DNA from: a virus
Strand: one strand, 5' to 3'
DNA length: 64,000 nt
Virus record (IMG/VR): IMGVR_UViG_3300008952_002488
Coordinates: 64,001-128,000 of that record
In this document: positions 9,983 to 19,624 of the stretch, piece by piece
Numbering within the stretch: position 1 is the stretch's first letter
How the letters are laid out: every line of letters starts with the position of its first letter
Made by a program: the position numbers and the translations under genes
Notes under the pieces: generated by a model
Told to the model about the DNA's origin: nothing
Databases searched by the model: none
Seen by the model: only the letters and a program-made list of their open reading frames with translations

Positions 9983-10116
9983 GATGTTTACTTTGTTTGT
10001 CGCTGTCGTATGCTTAGGTGGAGCGATCTATTATCGCAATCGCTGGAAGAAATGCGAGAAGCAAAAAGAAAATCTATCTAAAAATCGGATGTTGTGGGAA
10101 GATTGGGGAGAATAAA

Positions 10117-10476
10117 ATGAAAAACTGGAAACCTTTTTTTATTGAGAACAGCAAAGTTCCTGTTGTTCTCTCTTATTTTGCCCCCATTCAGATATGGGCT
10201 ATTACTTTATTCTTTTTGGTCTTTTGTAAAGGAGAGTTGGGAGAGGTTACGAAGCGCCACGAGACAATACACTTCCAACAATTTTTAGAGACAGGTGTTA
10301 TTGGCATGGTCGCTTTGTATTTGTGGGATTACCTTCATGGTTATATCAAATATCGAGACGGAGCAGAGGCCTATAGAAGAATCAGAGCAGAACAGGAAGC
10401 CTATGAAATGGCTGATGATCCTGATTACCTCGCAACTCGTCCACGTTTTTTGTGGATAAAAAAATATAAAGTATAA
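10117..10476 (+). CDS. Small zincin-like metallopeptidase
   Basis: RHETIHFQQ..E HExxH and downstream EQEAY; GGGGAG SD. Confidence 0.65.
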   Translation: MKNWKPFFIENSKVPVVLSYFAPIQIWAITLFFLVFCKGELGEVTKRHETIHFQQFLETGVIGMVALYLWDYLHGYIKYRDGAEAYRRIRAEQEAYEMADDPDYLATRPRFLWIKKYKV

Positions 10477-10483
10477 ATAAAAC

Positions 10484-10533
10484 TTGACCTACCCTAGATG
10501 TATGCTAATATACATATGTAAGGGAGACAGGTA
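10484..10533 (+). promoter_or_regulatory. Early promoter (TTGACC-N13-TGCTAATATAC) plus leader GTAAGGGAGAC
   Basis: Shared architecture with six other copies in the window. Confidence 0.85.
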
Positions 10534-11169
10534 ATGGGTTATTGGCATCAAATGTATCCTCGCCCTCAACGGGCTGAACGAGTGGAACTCACAAACGGGG
10601 CAGCCCGCTTTGAGTCCCTGATGTCCAAAGAGTTGTCGGAGCGTGACCGCAAGTTTGCTGGGTCTCTCAAGCGTCAGTTTGAGGATGGCGGCAAGTTGTC
10701 CGTCAAGCAAGTCGAGTGCCTTGAGCGTATGGAAGAGCGGTACTCCGACGAGGCTATCGTCGCCCGCAACGAGTGGGAAGCAAACTACAAAGCAAACCAT
10801 CGCCCCCTCGCTCAGATCTGCGCTCAATACTACCGCACCACCACTTACTTCCGTGACCTTGCTACCAAGGTTCTTTTGGATGAGGACTTCGTTCCCACCG
10901 AAAAGCAGTTTAACGCTCTCACCAAAAACAAGTATGCCAAGAAGGCCATCGCTGCTGCGGTTGAAGCGCCTGCCTTCCCTGTCGGTTCGCTCTGTAAGGT
11001 GCGTGCCAACTACAACTTGGTCCAGCGTCGTGACCTTCACGATCAGGTTGGTCTGGTGGTTGCTAACCACCCCGTCGGGCTCTACGCCTCCTCAACCATC
11101 CTTGTAAATGGCGAGCACGTCAAGCTCCAAGACCGTTGCTTGAAGGCGGCGAAGAAGAAAAAGAAATAA
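10534..11169 (+). CDS. Early protein, GC-rich codons, C-terminal SH3/KOW-like domain
   Basis: F..SL..QF...G.LS.KQ motif; AFPVGSLCKV. Confidence 0.75.
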   Translation: MGYWHQMYPRPQRAERVELTNGAARFESLMSKELSERDRKFAGSLKRQFEDGGKLSVKQVECLERMEERYSDEAIVARNEWEANYKANHRPLAQICAQYYRTTTYFRDLATKVLLDEDFVPTEKQFNALTKNKYAKKAIAAAVEAPAFPVGSLCKVRANYNLVQRRDLHDQVGLVVANHPVGLYASSTILVNGEHVKLQDRCLKAAKKKKK

Positions 11170-11221
11170 CTTAACAAAATCTCAATAATGAGACATAATC
11201 CTATTAAGGAGGATTTCGTAT

Positions 11222-11749
11222 ATGCGAGCAACAATTAGTTTTGAGGCGGATGTGTCCAGGGTAAACGACATTATGCGCTCTTTGGTTTTGGAGGAGTCCA
11301 ATGCTCTTCAGGACGCTTTCATCTGCCTGGAGAAGGCAACTGCCGACCGCATCGTGGAGGGCGTGTCCGAAGCTCTGAATCATATTTATACCGTAGCGAA
11401 TCAACTGGAGCAGTACCGAGACATGATGCTTGGATTTGAGCGTGCTCGGTTTGAGACAATGCTACCACAACCAGCGCAAGAATCTCTTGAGAATCTTGGT
11501 AATATCAGAGAAACTATCGAAGAGACGAAGAGAAATGTTCAAGGAGTCGAAGAAGCTCTGAGTAATATGTCTACCATGGATCCAAACGACATTCCCGCAG
11601 CGGAGCCAGTGTTCGACCCTAGCGAGTTTGACCCCTCTCAATTGAAGGGGTTAAAGGATACGGTTACCCAAATGAGGAGGTTTGCTAATTTTATTAAGGG
11701 GGCGGAAGATTCCTCCCTAGGAGAAGAACATGAACCTCAAGAAGGGTGA
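11222..11749 (+). CDS. Hypothetical helical protein
   Basis: Strong SD AAGGAGG; upstream TTAACA-N17-CATAAT. Confidence 0.7.
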   Translation: MRATISFEADVSRVNDIMRSLVLEESNALQDAFICLEKATADRIVEGVSEALNHIYTVANQLEQYRDMMLGFERARFETMLPQPAQESLENLGNIRETIEETKRNVQGVEEALSNMSTMDPNDIPAAEPVFDPSEFDPSQLKGLKDTVTQMRRFANFIKGAEDSSLGEEHEPQEG

Positions 11750-11957
11750 CCTAGTATATCTGCCTTCGGATATTACACTCCTTGACACTGGGGACCCATC
11801 GGCACCTGTTGATTGGATAAGATTATCTGAGCCTAGTATGGCTGTAATGGTAGAACCTAATTTTAATAACGAAAACATTTATCACAAGGTTCACGTCAAA
11901 GGAGACGATTGGCTTGTGCGAACAATTGATACAATGGAGGTAATGTCCCGTGCTTAA
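11730..11957 (+). CDS. Small SH3/KOW-like protein
   Basis: MNLKKGDLVYL; AGGAG SD. Confidence 0.6.
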   Translation: MNLKKGDLVYLPSDITLLDTGDPSAPVDWIRLSEPSMAVMVEPNFNNENIYHKVHVKGDDWLVRTIDTMEVMSRA

Positions 11958-12261
11958 AGTTTCAGAAGTATATGAAAAACAAGTTAAAACATTTAAGGAG
12001 CGCCCCGACGGCTCTGAGTTTGTTAGTTTTGAAAAGATTTATGACACACGAGAGTGTTTACTAAACACGGAATATGTTGTTTCTATCCACCCTCATGAAT
12101 TTACAACTTCTGTGGATCATAGTAGGTTGGAGGGTAGATTTCCCGAAGGGACAAAGTTCTGTACCTTCGTGCTAGATGGCAATTCTTTTCGCTCATCTGA
12201 AATTGTCGTGGTTGGGTCTTTTCAAAAGTTTTGTCGGCTGTTGCAGGAAAATGACTCATGA
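11950..12261 (+). CDS. Hypothetical protein
   Basis: GGAGG SD, coupled to neighbours. Confidence 0.6.
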   Translation: MLKVSEVYEKQVKTFKERPDGSEFVSFEKIYDTRECLLNTEYVVSIHPHEFTTSVDHSRLEGRFPEGTKFCTFVLDGNSFRSSEIVVVGSFQKFCRLLQENDS

Positions 12262-13040
12262 GCCTGCCAACTTGGGGCGAACTATGGGACTATCACTGCA
12301 CCTTGAAGGATGTTGGGAACAGGACTCATGGGCTCCCCAGGCTCGGCGGCCTTTCCCGAAAATTGAATCCTTTTTATGAAGAGATGGCTTCACGCCGCTA
12401 CAACTACGCTGCGTCATCAGATAAAGCCGCTTTTCGTTTGGTGTTTCTCAAGGATGTTCTGAAGAATCCAGACAATAAAACCTTGGTCCGCAAAGGAAGG
12501 TTCATCTGGTGCAAAAATATAAGATACGAAGGACAAGGCAAAGAAGGTCTGCGTCAAATTTCTTTTACTGTTGACAAAGGTAAGAAAAGATTTCTGGTAT
12601 CAGAAAATAATGTCCTTTGTGTCCCGTCAAAGATTTTCATAAACAACAATAGGTATTTTCGAGAAAAGGAAAAAACATTTACTGCCTTCTCATCGGTGTT
12701 TGCCTATAAAAATACTTTTAATATGATGCTCAAGGAGAGTGACCTCGACCGCCAAGATTTTCAAGATCTCATTAACAGAGATAACCCTTATAAGCCAGGG
12801 ACATTAGTTGCCCCTCGTCTTGGGTATTTTTACCCTCAGCGAGCGAACACCATGCGTTCTACCCCGAAGAATGACAAAGATAAACTAAAACTAACTGCCG
12901 AGCACCCGTATGGTATTATTATTGGAAGTTTTCCCGACAACAGCGACTATTCAGGAAGAGAGTTTTACCGAGTTAGGTTCGGAGATACTACTTATGAAAG
13001 GGTACACCCAATTCAAATGGAGGTTGTAAATGAAGTTTAG
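12258..13040 (+). CDS. Hypothetical protein with C-terminal SH3-like domain
   Basis: ATGA coupling; YKPGTLV...GIIIG...FYRVRFG. Confidence 0.65.
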   Translation: MSLPTWGELWDYHCTLKDVGNRTHGLPRLGGLSRKLNPFYEEMASRRYNYAASSDKAAFRLVFLKDVLKNPDNKTLVRKGRFIWCKNIRYEGQGKEGLRQISFTVDKGKKRFLVSENNVLCVPSKIFINNNRYFREKEKTFTAFSSVFAYKNTFNMMLKESDLDRQDFQDLINRDNPYKPGTLVAPRLGYFYPQRANTMRSTPKNDKDKLKLTAEHPYGIIIGSFPDNSDYSGREFYRVRFGDTTYERVHPIQMEVVNEV

Positions 13041-13287
13041 ATTATACACAAAGACTAGCTGTCCTTATTGTCATATGGCGGTAAGGTTATTGGCAGATCA
13101 TCAAAAAGAATTCGAGTGCTATGCTTTGGATCAGCAGCCTGATCTATTGAATGAGATACAGAACACATACAACTGGAATACCGTACCAGTAGTTGTAGAA
13201 ATCACCGAAGGTCAAGAAAAGTTTATCGGCGGCTATACCGATTTAAAAGAGTACCTAGATACTGGAAAGCAACTGCTGAAGGGGTAA
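13030..13287 (+). CDS. grx: Glutaredoxin
   Basis: CPYC active site, TVP, FIGGYTDL. Confidence 0.92.
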   Translation: MKFRLYTKTSCPYCHMAVRLLADHQKEFECYALDQQPDLLNEIQNTYNWNTVPVVVEITEGQEKFIGGYTDLKEYLDTGKQLLKG

Positions 13288-13292
13288 AGCAT

Positions 13293-13895
13293 ATGATATG
13301 GACTTCGACTATTTCGCCACTGGTGAAAGATGTAGAGCTAAGGAAGCCCCCAATCATTGTGAGGGTCAACAAGTTTACAGAAGATTCTGCAAAAAAGTTT
13401 CACCACGAGATGGCGCAGGCTCACAACACAGGGCAAAAGGTAATTCCGATAGTCATTGATTCGTATGGGGGGCAGGTTTACGCTCTTATGTCTATGATTG
13501 CAGCTATTGAATCTGCCGAACTTCCGGTTGCTACCATTGTTGAGGGTAAGGCAATGTCCTGCGGTGCGGTACTTCTGACCTTTGGAGAGCAGGGAATGAG
13601 ATTCGCCGACCCTAACGCCACTGTTATGATTCACGATGTGAGCAGCGGAGGCTGGGGAAAGATCGAAGAACTTAAAGCAGACGTGGCAGAAGCCGAGCGC
13701 CTCGACGAAAAGATTTTCACTATGATGGCTCGTAACTGCGGTAAGAAAGATGATTACTTTAAGAAAAAAGTTTTCAACAAGAAACACGCTGATTGGTTCA
13801 TGGATGCCGCCGAAGCCAAGAAACACGGGCTCGTTAACCATTTGCGCTTACCTAAATTGTCTCTCAAGATTGGGGTTGAAATTGATTTTGAGTGA
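13293..13895 (+). CDS. clpP: ClpP-family protease subunit
   Basis: IDSYGG.V, G.AMSCG (catalytic Ser), VMIHD (His), DWFMDA.EA..HGLV. Confidence 0.92.
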   Translation: MIWTSTISPLVKDVELRKPPIIVRVNKFTEDSAKKFHHEMAQAHNTGQKVIPIVIDSYGGQVYALMSMIAAIESAELPVATIVEGKAMSCGAVLLTFGEQGMRFADPNATVMIHDVSSGGWGKIEELKADVAEAERLDEKIFTMMARNCGKKDDYFKKKVFNKKHADWFMDAAEAKKHGLVNHLRLPKLSLKIGVEIDFE

Positions 13896-13911
13896 CCGAT
13901 CAGTCTATGCA

Positions 13912-14226
13912 ATGAAGTTTAAAACCTTTTTTGCGGGCATCGAAGCCGCCCAGAGAGATTTAGATTACTTAGAAGACTTTCTAAAGAACCCTTATGATCA
14001 GTTTGTTATTCGAAATATCGGAGATTTTTGCCTTGCTGTCACAGCCCTTTCGACACAATTGGATTATATGACCAAGAGCCTAGCTAAAAATCAGGTTTCA
14101 GATGACGGCAAGTTATTATACCTGTCGGAAGAGCAGTTAACTTCGCTTGGCTTTTATTCAGATTTAGCTACTTCATCTGTTGAGAAAATAAGAACATCAT
14201 GTGGTATTGATTTGGAGATTAATTAA
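13912..14226 (+). CDS. Hypothetical protein
   Basis: ORF in operon context. Confidence 0.55.
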   Translation: MKFKTFFAGIEAAQRDLDYLEDFLKNPYDQFVIRNIGDFCLAVTALSTQLDYMTKSLAKNQVSDDGKLLYLSEEQLTSLGFYSDLATSSVEKIRTSCGIDLEIN

Positions 14227-14414
14227 TGCTGCATGGTTATAGGTTTGCTATATTTTTTCTAGTTGCGTGTATTTTTCACGACGTATATTATGAAGTAGTG
14301 ACCGGATTTACCTTTGGGTACGTCGCTGCGCTTTTTTATTACGTTATGCGATATAGCGAGCTTATGCACTTTTACAAGGAGAACAACCAAGGTGAAAAAA
14401 ACGACAAAAAATAA
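14226..14414 (+). CDS. Small membrane protein
   Basis: TAATG coupling; two hydrophobic segments. Confidence 0.5.
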   Translation: MLHGYRFAIFFLVACIFHDVYYEVVTGFTFGYVAALFYYVMRYSELMHFYKENNQGEKNDKK

Positions 14415-14631
14415 GAACATAGTTGATATTGGGGATATTCGCCACTCAAGGCTGACTCACACCCTGAGTTTTACGGTAGCATGTAGCCCAGAAGCGATTC
14501 GAATGGTAGAAGATTTTGCCGGACGAAACGACATGACGGCTGAAGAAACAGCAGAGGAGCTTAGAAAGGTTCTTGAGACTGGCATATTTACGAACTATCA
14601 CCGTGGTGGACTACGGATAAAATACAGTTAA
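14392..14631 (+). CDS. Hypothetical protein
   Basis: GTG start after AAGGAG SD. Confidence 0.5.
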   Translation: MKKTTKNKNIVDIGDIRHSRLTHTLSFTVACSPEAIRMVEDFAGRNDMTAEETAEELRKVLETGIFTNYHRGGLRIKYS

Positions 14632-14834
14632 TGTGGTTTAGGTTCTATACGGGAGTAGTGGTTGCTGCTTATTATCCGATCTATTTGACCATTTTGGCAA
14701 CGGATAAGATCAAACAAAAACTAGGAGTCTAAAAATGGTTAGAGACTTTGCTTCATGCACTATAGCCGCTGCTGCCGGTTTTGCTTTCCTTGGCGTTATT
14801 GCTGCTATTATGATACGGGACACTCTGAAGGAAA

Positions 14835-15302
14835 TTGATATTGGTCCATTTAACTGATGATGGTTGGGTTTCGTTAGGCGGCGAAGCTATCGCCGATATT
14901 CGCATTCGGATTAAGAGGCGATTTGATGCCGAGCGATTTACATTTCACGTTGGAACGGATAGCAAGTCCTACCTTGACCATACGATTATTACTACAACGA
15001 TTTGTTTCCGAGAGAGTGGACACGGCGCTTTGGTAGCATACCAGCGAAATAAAATAGATAACTTTAATAATATTACCGAAAGACTTTTACACGAAACCCT
15101 TGTTTCGTTGGAGGCCGCCCGCCTGGTTCAAAGTGTTACTGGCGAATTGCCCACGGTTCATGCAGACGTAAACACCAAGGAATCAGCCTTGAGTTATAGA
15201 ATGCTTAACGTCATAGTGGGAATGGTCACAGGGATGGGCTTTCCGGTGAGAGTAAAGCCTGATGCCTGGGCGGCTGACATAGCAGACATGTTTACGAGGT
15301 AA
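14835..15302 (+). CDS. RNase H-like YkuK/DUF458 family protein
   Basis: VGTDSK, ERLLHE...SL..A, VHADVN, KPDAWAA..AD. Confidence 0.8.
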   Translation: MILVHLTDDGWVSLGGEAIADIRIRIKRRFDAERFTFHVGTDSKSYLDHTIITTTICFRESGHGALVAYQRNKIDNFNNITERLLHETLVSLEAARLVQSVTGELPTVHADVNTKESALSYRMLNVIVGMVTGMGFPVRVKPDAWAADIADMFTR

Positions 15303-15351
15303 CTCTCGTGTGGTATAATGAATAGCAACAAAAACAAGGAAAGGAGAAACC

Positions 15352-15753
15352 TTGATTATCTCTGAAGAAGAACAACTAAGAAGAATTAAAGAGTTTAAGA
15401 GGTTTTGCCGTAAGAACAGACTTAGATTAAAAGAGTCGGCTGATGGGCTACCTATTGCTACGGCGATAGGAAAGTTTAAAGACGATCAACTGTCTTGCTT
15501 CTTCGAAAAAGACATGATGTTGTTATACGTCCGCCGAGACACCAAGAATCAATTCACCTTCCTCAAGAAGAGGTTGATAAGCATGGGGTGTGAAGAACAT
15601 GCCATCGGCGATGATGAGGGAGTTTTTAGGGTCGGTCACTTTGACGTTCCTGCTGTTGCCAAGCATCTCAAGATCGTCAAAGGCAAAGCCAAGGTTAGGA
15701 ATCCCACCTGGCTCAAAAAGAAAAAGACAAGGAAAGAGTTTGATGTTCGATAA
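15352..15753 (+). CDS. Basic hypothetical protein
   Basis: AAGGAG SD, TTG start; upstream TTTACG-N17-TATAAT. Confidence 0.6.
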   Translation: MIISEEEQLRRIKEFKRFCRKNRLRLKESADGLPIATAIGKFKDDQLSCFFEKDMMLLYVRRDTKNQFTFLKKRLISMGCEEHAIGDDEGVFRVGHFDVPAVAKHLKIVKGKAKVRNPTWLKKKKTRKEFDVR

Positions 15754-15961
15754 GTCCCCAATTCCTAAAGAGTATGAACTTGATGATATTCGAGTGATGT
15801 TGAGAAGATGCGGCGAAGACCCTGCGTTGATGAAGTTTGTTTCCAATGTTCTGATTGCTGCGGGATACTGGCACAAGAGGGCCAATCTTTACTTGATGAT
15901 GCAACCTTTATATTTCTTGTTCGGTTTTGTGGCCTGTTATCTTGTGATGGGTCAAAATTAA
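15743..15961 (+). CDS. Small protein with C-terminal TM helix
   Basis: MFDKSPIP...LYFLFGFVACYLV. Confidence 0.55.
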   Translation: MFDKSPIPKEYELDDIRVMLRRCGEDPALMKFVSNVLIAAGYWHKRANLYLMMQPLYFLFGFVACYLVMGQN

Positions 15962-15962
15962 C

Positions 15963-16175
15963 ATGTTAAAAGTTGGAGATCTCGTTAAAGAGTGTGTTCC
16001 GCTAATGGCGGGCGATGTTCCCGAGCGGCTTGGTGTTATCCTAGAGGAGCCACACTCGTCTGCCCTCAAATGGTATAAAGTTTTATTTGACAAGCCCGAA
16101 ATGATTCATTGCAACGCCTTGAGGAAAGTGGAGACTTTTTCGGGGGAAACGAATAATATTTCAGCAAAAGAGTAG
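15963..16175 (+). CDS. Small SH3/KOW-like protein
   Basis: MLKVGDLVKE...GVILE...YKVLF. Confidence 0.65.
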   Translation: MLKVGDLVKECVPLMAGDVPERLGVILEEPHSSALKWYKVLFDKPEMIHCNALRKVETFSGETNNISAKE

Positions 16176-16241
16176 CGAAGCTCGCCAAATTTTTTTTCAC
16201 AACATAGTTAAAATTAGACCCTTTAACAAGCAGGCAGGAAA

Positions 16242-16709
16242 GTGAAAATACGAGTTGCATTTTGTAAAGAGGAAACTACATGGCACCTCAAAATGGTGAA
16301 ATGGTGGACAAAGAGCAACTATTCGCACGCAGAGCTAGTATTACCCGACAACCGTTCCCTAAGCATTTCACCCGTAGAACTAAAGGGCGTGAGACAGCAG
16401 ACAGAAATAGACTTTAGCGACAAAGAGTTGTGGGACACTGTAGAGATCGACGTCGATGAGAACCAATACAAAAGGCTGCTTAACTTTTACAACAAAACCA
16501 AGGGCGATGGATATGACTGGATCGGAATGCTACTATCACAGTTCACTCCGTTTCACGTCAAACGCATCGGGCGCTGGTATTGCTCCGAGTGGATTGCATA
16601 CGCCCTGAGAATTATATGTGTGGTTGACGATGTGTACGCATACGCAGATCTGTCTCCGCAAAGGTTATACGAACTGCTGCAAAAACCGAGTGACTCAAGT
16701 GCCGACTAA
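16242..16709 (+). CDS. Permuted papain-like NlpC/P60 (YaeF/YiiX-like) amidase
   Basis: YSHAEL (His) precedes YDW.G and WYCSEWIA (Cys). Confidence 0.8.
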   Translation: MKIRVAFCKEETTWHLKMVKWWTKSNYSHAELVLPDNRSLSISPVELKGVRQQTEIDFSDKELWDTVEIDVDENQYKRLLNFYNKTKGDGYDWIGMLLSQFTPFHVKRIGRWYCSEWIAYALRIICVVDDVYAYADLSPQRLYELLQKPSDSSAD

Positions 16710-16950
16710 AACGAAAGAAGCAGCCTGTTATTATCCGGGTGCGCTTATCCAAGCAGCCAAAAACATATATTCGTCTTCGACCGATCCAATGTTTGAAGCA
16801 GAGATTATAAAAGAAGGCACTGTTGGCGTTTTAGTCCAACGCCATGAAGACGGGTACCATTGGAATGTCAACTTTTTAGGCAGACACGATTCGTGGTGGT
16901 GCAGCGCAGCAGAATTTATACCTTACAACTTAAACGAAACAAAAAAATAG
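16690..16950 (+). CDS. Small SH3-like protein
   Basis: YYPGALI...GTVGVLV...WNVNF; start uncertain. Confidence 0.5.
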   Translation: MTQVPTKTKEAACYYPGALIQAAKNIYSSSTDPMFEAEIIKEGTVGVLVQRHEDGYHWNVNFLGRHDSWWCSAAEFIPYNLNETKK

Positions 16951-16980
16951 TGTAATATTAATCCACGAAAGGAGCCAACA

Positions 16981-17298
16981 ATGGCAAATTACAATTATCA
17001 ACAAATCTACGAGGAAGAACTGAGTGAAAGTATCAAAACTTCTTTGGAACTACCCCGTGGATTTTATGAGCTATCACACCAACAACGGATGATGGTCGAA
17101 GAGCTTGTGGATTTCGGAGCGAGGCAGGCAACCGATGCCGTGCTCAATCCGGAAGTTCTCCAAGACACGGCTGCCCTAGCGGCGGAGATGGGTGCTCAAC
17201 TGTACCAGTTCGCAAACATGGTGAGCGAACATGTTCACGACGTGGCACCTTTCGACCACTTTGAGGCTTCTTCGGACCCAACGGATGAGTCTATTTGA
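16981..17298 (+). CDS. Hypothetical acidic protein
   Basis: AAGGAG SD. Confidence 0.65.
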   Translation: MANYNYQQIYEEELSESIKTSLELPRGFYELSHQQRMMVEELVDFGARQATDAVLNPEVLQDTAALAAEMGAQLYQFANMVSEHVHDVAPFDHFEASSDPTDESI

Positions 17299-17593
17299 AG
17301 CCGGCGATTTAGTGGAGGTCCAACAACAGCAGGGTACACGCCCATGGACGCTTTGTAATAGGACCACTGCGGAAGGGCACACGCTCGAAGAGTGCTTGTC
17401 TTTTGGTGACGTCAAAGATGAATGGAATCGATTAGTTTATAAGTGTTTCCACAAAAAAATCGGACTAATAAGGAAGGTTGTCAACAACAAACTTGGACAA
17501 CCACTGATCTACGAAATTGAGTTCCCCGAGGGAATATATTCCTGTAAAGCTATTTTAGCAGACAAATACCTAAAAAAAATAACTAGAAATTAG
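17285..17593 (+). CDS. SH3/KOW-like protein
   Basis: FEAGDLVEV...IGLI...YEIEF. Confidence 0.6.
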   Translation: MSLFEAGDLVEVQQQQGTRPWTLCNRTTAEGHTLEECLSFGDVKDEWNRLVYKCFHKKIGLIRKVVNNKLGQPLIYEIEFPEGIYSCKAILADKYLKKITRN

Positions 17594-17709
17594 GCAAAGT
17601 ATTAATAAGATTGGTATTTCGGCAGCCTATTTAATGTTAGGCGACCCTCGGGTATATACCTGACACCACCAGGGAGGGATCGGCATGTGGAGCATAGGAG
17701 GAAATAATT

Positions 17710-18198
17710 ATGCCAAAGGTAAAAATTACAGACACTAGAGGTCTGGAACAATCAACGGGGTCTGGTCTTGATGTCGAAAGTCCAGTAAGGCTTCGTTCAG
17801 GTAATGCAGCATCCGGCGCACCAAGCTTGATGGTGGCTACCCAGGCTCACGCAGAGCCAGGAACTAGCAACCAGACAATCACCATCACCCAGTTAAAGAC
17901 GGGCATTTTGGCTGATGACCCAGAAGGAAATGCCAACTGGACACTGCCGACAGCAGCGTTGCTGGTGGCTGGTCTTCCAGGCTATGTAGTTGGCGATTGC
18001 CTTGATTTTACAATTGTCAATGAGGCTACTTCGACGGTAGATGAAAAGATCACCGTGGTAATGGGTACTGGCGGAACTGCCGTTGGACTTATGGTTGTGG
18101 ATAGCCAGCTAGTTGCTGGTATTCGTGGCTCTGGTAGTGGGATGTTTAGAATTAGAATAACATCTGCCTCGGCGTATACATGCTATAGATTGGCTTAA
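17710..18198 (+). CDS. Putative virion structural (capsid decoration/fibre) protein
   Basis: T/G/A-rich beta protein, WTLPTAALLVA..GDCLDFTIVN; late box at 17626, AGGAGG SD, terminator downstream. Confidence 0.6.
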   Translation: MPKVKITDTRGLEQSTGSGLDVESPVRLRSGNAASGAPSLMVATQAHAEPGTSNQTITITQLKTGILADDPEGNANWTLPTAALLVAGLPGYVVGDCLDFTIVNEATSTVDEKITVVMGTGGTAVGLMVVDSQLVAGIRGSGSGMFRIRITSASAYTCYRLA

Positions 18199-18223
18199 AG
18201 TCTTTCACGACATGTGTTACACT

Positions 18224-18246
18224 AGGCATCCGCAAGGGTGCCTTTT
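18224..18246 (+). terminator. Intrinsic terminator (GCAA tetraloop)
   Basis: AGGCATCC-GCAA-GGGTGCCT-TTT. Confidence 0.7.
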
Positions 18247-18264
18247 GTATTTTATGGAGCAGAC

Positions 18265-18579
18265 TTGAGCGAACAAAAGAAGAAGCCTCGCAAAGATAGA
18301 GCGAGAGCCAAGAAGAAAAACCACAAGTTGACCAAACGGCATATCCAAATGATCCGCTCTCAGAGGGGAAAGATGTCTGTGCGTGAGATATCCAAATGGT
18401 TTGCTCGCCAGACTCACTACATTTATAAATGCTCTCCGACGATGGTTCACTATATTTTAACCGAGAAGTATCACAAACCCAAGGAAAAACAACTCTCTAT
18501 CTACGATTTGATAAATAATAGCGAATTAGATGAAAAAAACCTTGACGAAATAGACCCTCGTGATGTAAACTATGAGTAA
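18265..18579 (+). CDS. Basic HTH-like DNA-binding protein
   Basis: KLT..HIQMIR...MSVREISKWF...CSPTMVHYIL; TTG start after GGAG. Confidence 0.55.
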   Translation: MSEQKKKPRKDRARAKKKNHKLTKRHIQMIRSQRGKMSVREISKWFARQTHYIYKCSPTMVHYILTEKYHKPKEKQLSIYDLINNSELDEKNLDEIDPRDVNYE

Positions 18580-18588
18580 GGAAAAGAA

Positions 18589-18762
18589 ATGAGTTACGAC
18601 CCTCAACTTATAAAGCAGTTGTTTAGTGCGTTTGAGGCGCTTAATGAGGGCTGCGAAGAGATGTATAGGTTAACCATGGCACACAATCAAGCTATCAAAG
18701 ACCTGCAAAAAAGAATAACTATTTTAGAAAAAAAGTTAGATGAAAAAGATAATTCACGTTAA
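18589..18762 (+). CDS. Small coiled-coil protein (57 aa, not in ORF track)
   Basis: MSYDPQLIKQLF...IKDLQKRITILEKKL; AAGGA SD. Confidence 0.55.
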   Translation: MSYDPQLIKQLFSAFEALNEGCEEMYRLTMAHNQAIKDLQKRITILEKKLDEKDNSR

Positions 18763-19006
18763 TCAGCATAAGATCCGTGCCAACACCAAGCATGGAACAG
18801 ATGATCCTGTTTTAACGGTAAAAACATATAAAGAAAACAAATATGCCCACGAGGCTATACTAAAGACCAAAAATGGTGTAGAGTTTGCTAAGGTGATATA
18901 CAGTCCACACAAACCGCTGAGTTGCGGGGCGAGGGTCTGGATTGAGCTAGACACGGACACTACGGATGTTGATTTGATTGTTAGAGAAGGAGAAAACAAT
19001 GACTAA
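18740..19006 (+). CDS. Conserved phage protein
   Basis: IIHVNQH.I..N...PVLTVK...YSP.KPLSCGARVWIE motif familiar from T4-like marine phages. Confidence 0.7.
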   Translation: MKKIIHVNQHKIRANTKHGTDDPVLTVKTYKENKYAHEAILKTKNGVEFAKVIYSPHKPLSCGARVWIELDTDTTDVDLIVREGENND

Positions 19007-19181
19007 CAGCAATGTACTAAACAAGTGGACTGAGCTTAAAACGCTCGTGGAAACTATTGAGGACGACGTTCAAAAGAACGCCACTGGCAACAAAGCTGCC
19101 GGCACTCGTGCTCGCAAAGGACTTCGATCCTTGAAGAACACAGCTTCTGAGCTTGTTCGTCTCACGCTCGGAAAGGAATAA
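18999..19181 (+). CDS. Hc1-like (histone H1-like) nucleoid protein
   Basis: GNKAAGTRARK signature; AAGGAG SD. Confidence 0.8.
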   Translation: MTNSNVLNKWTELKTLVETIEDDVQKNATGNKAAGTRARKGLRSLKNTASELVRLTLGKE

Positions 19182-19183
19182 TA

Positions 19184-19624
19184 ATGAGCACCACAGCAAC
19201 ACAGGGTGATACCGTAAAGGTTCACTACGAGGGAACCCTCAACGACGGCTCACAGTTTGATAGCTCCTACGACAGAGGCGAACCCATCGCATTTACTGTT
19301 GGAGGAGGGCAGATGATTCAAGGGTTTGATGACGCTGTATTTGGAATGACCGTCGGAGAAGTTAAAAATATTACTTTGGCTCCGGGTGAAGCCTATGGTG
19401 AGCCTGATCCGGATGCATTCACCGATCTCGACAAGAGTACCTTTCCGGAGGATTTTGAGTTCACCACTGGCGATAAGGTTCCCTTGTCTGGTCCCGACGG
19501 GACGTATTTCATTGGCACCATCACCGAAGTTAGAAACACAGACGTCACAATTGATCTCAATCACCCGATGGCTGGCAAAGACCTGAACTTTAAAATCGAA
19601 TTACTAGAGATCGGAGAAAGCTGA
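19184..19624 (+). CDS. FKBP-type peptidyl-prolyl isomerase (SlyD/FkpB-like)
   Basis: VKVHYEGTL.DG..FDSS, IQGFDDA, EAYG, DLNHPMAGKDL.F. Confidence 0.93.
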   Translation: MSTTATQGDTVKVHYEGTLNDGSQFDSSYDRGEPIAFTVGGGQMIQGFDDAVFGMTVGEVKNITLAPGEAYGEPDPDAFTDLDKSTFPEDFEFTTGDKVPLSGPDGTYFIGTITEVRNTDVTIDLNHPMAGKDLNFKIELLEIGES

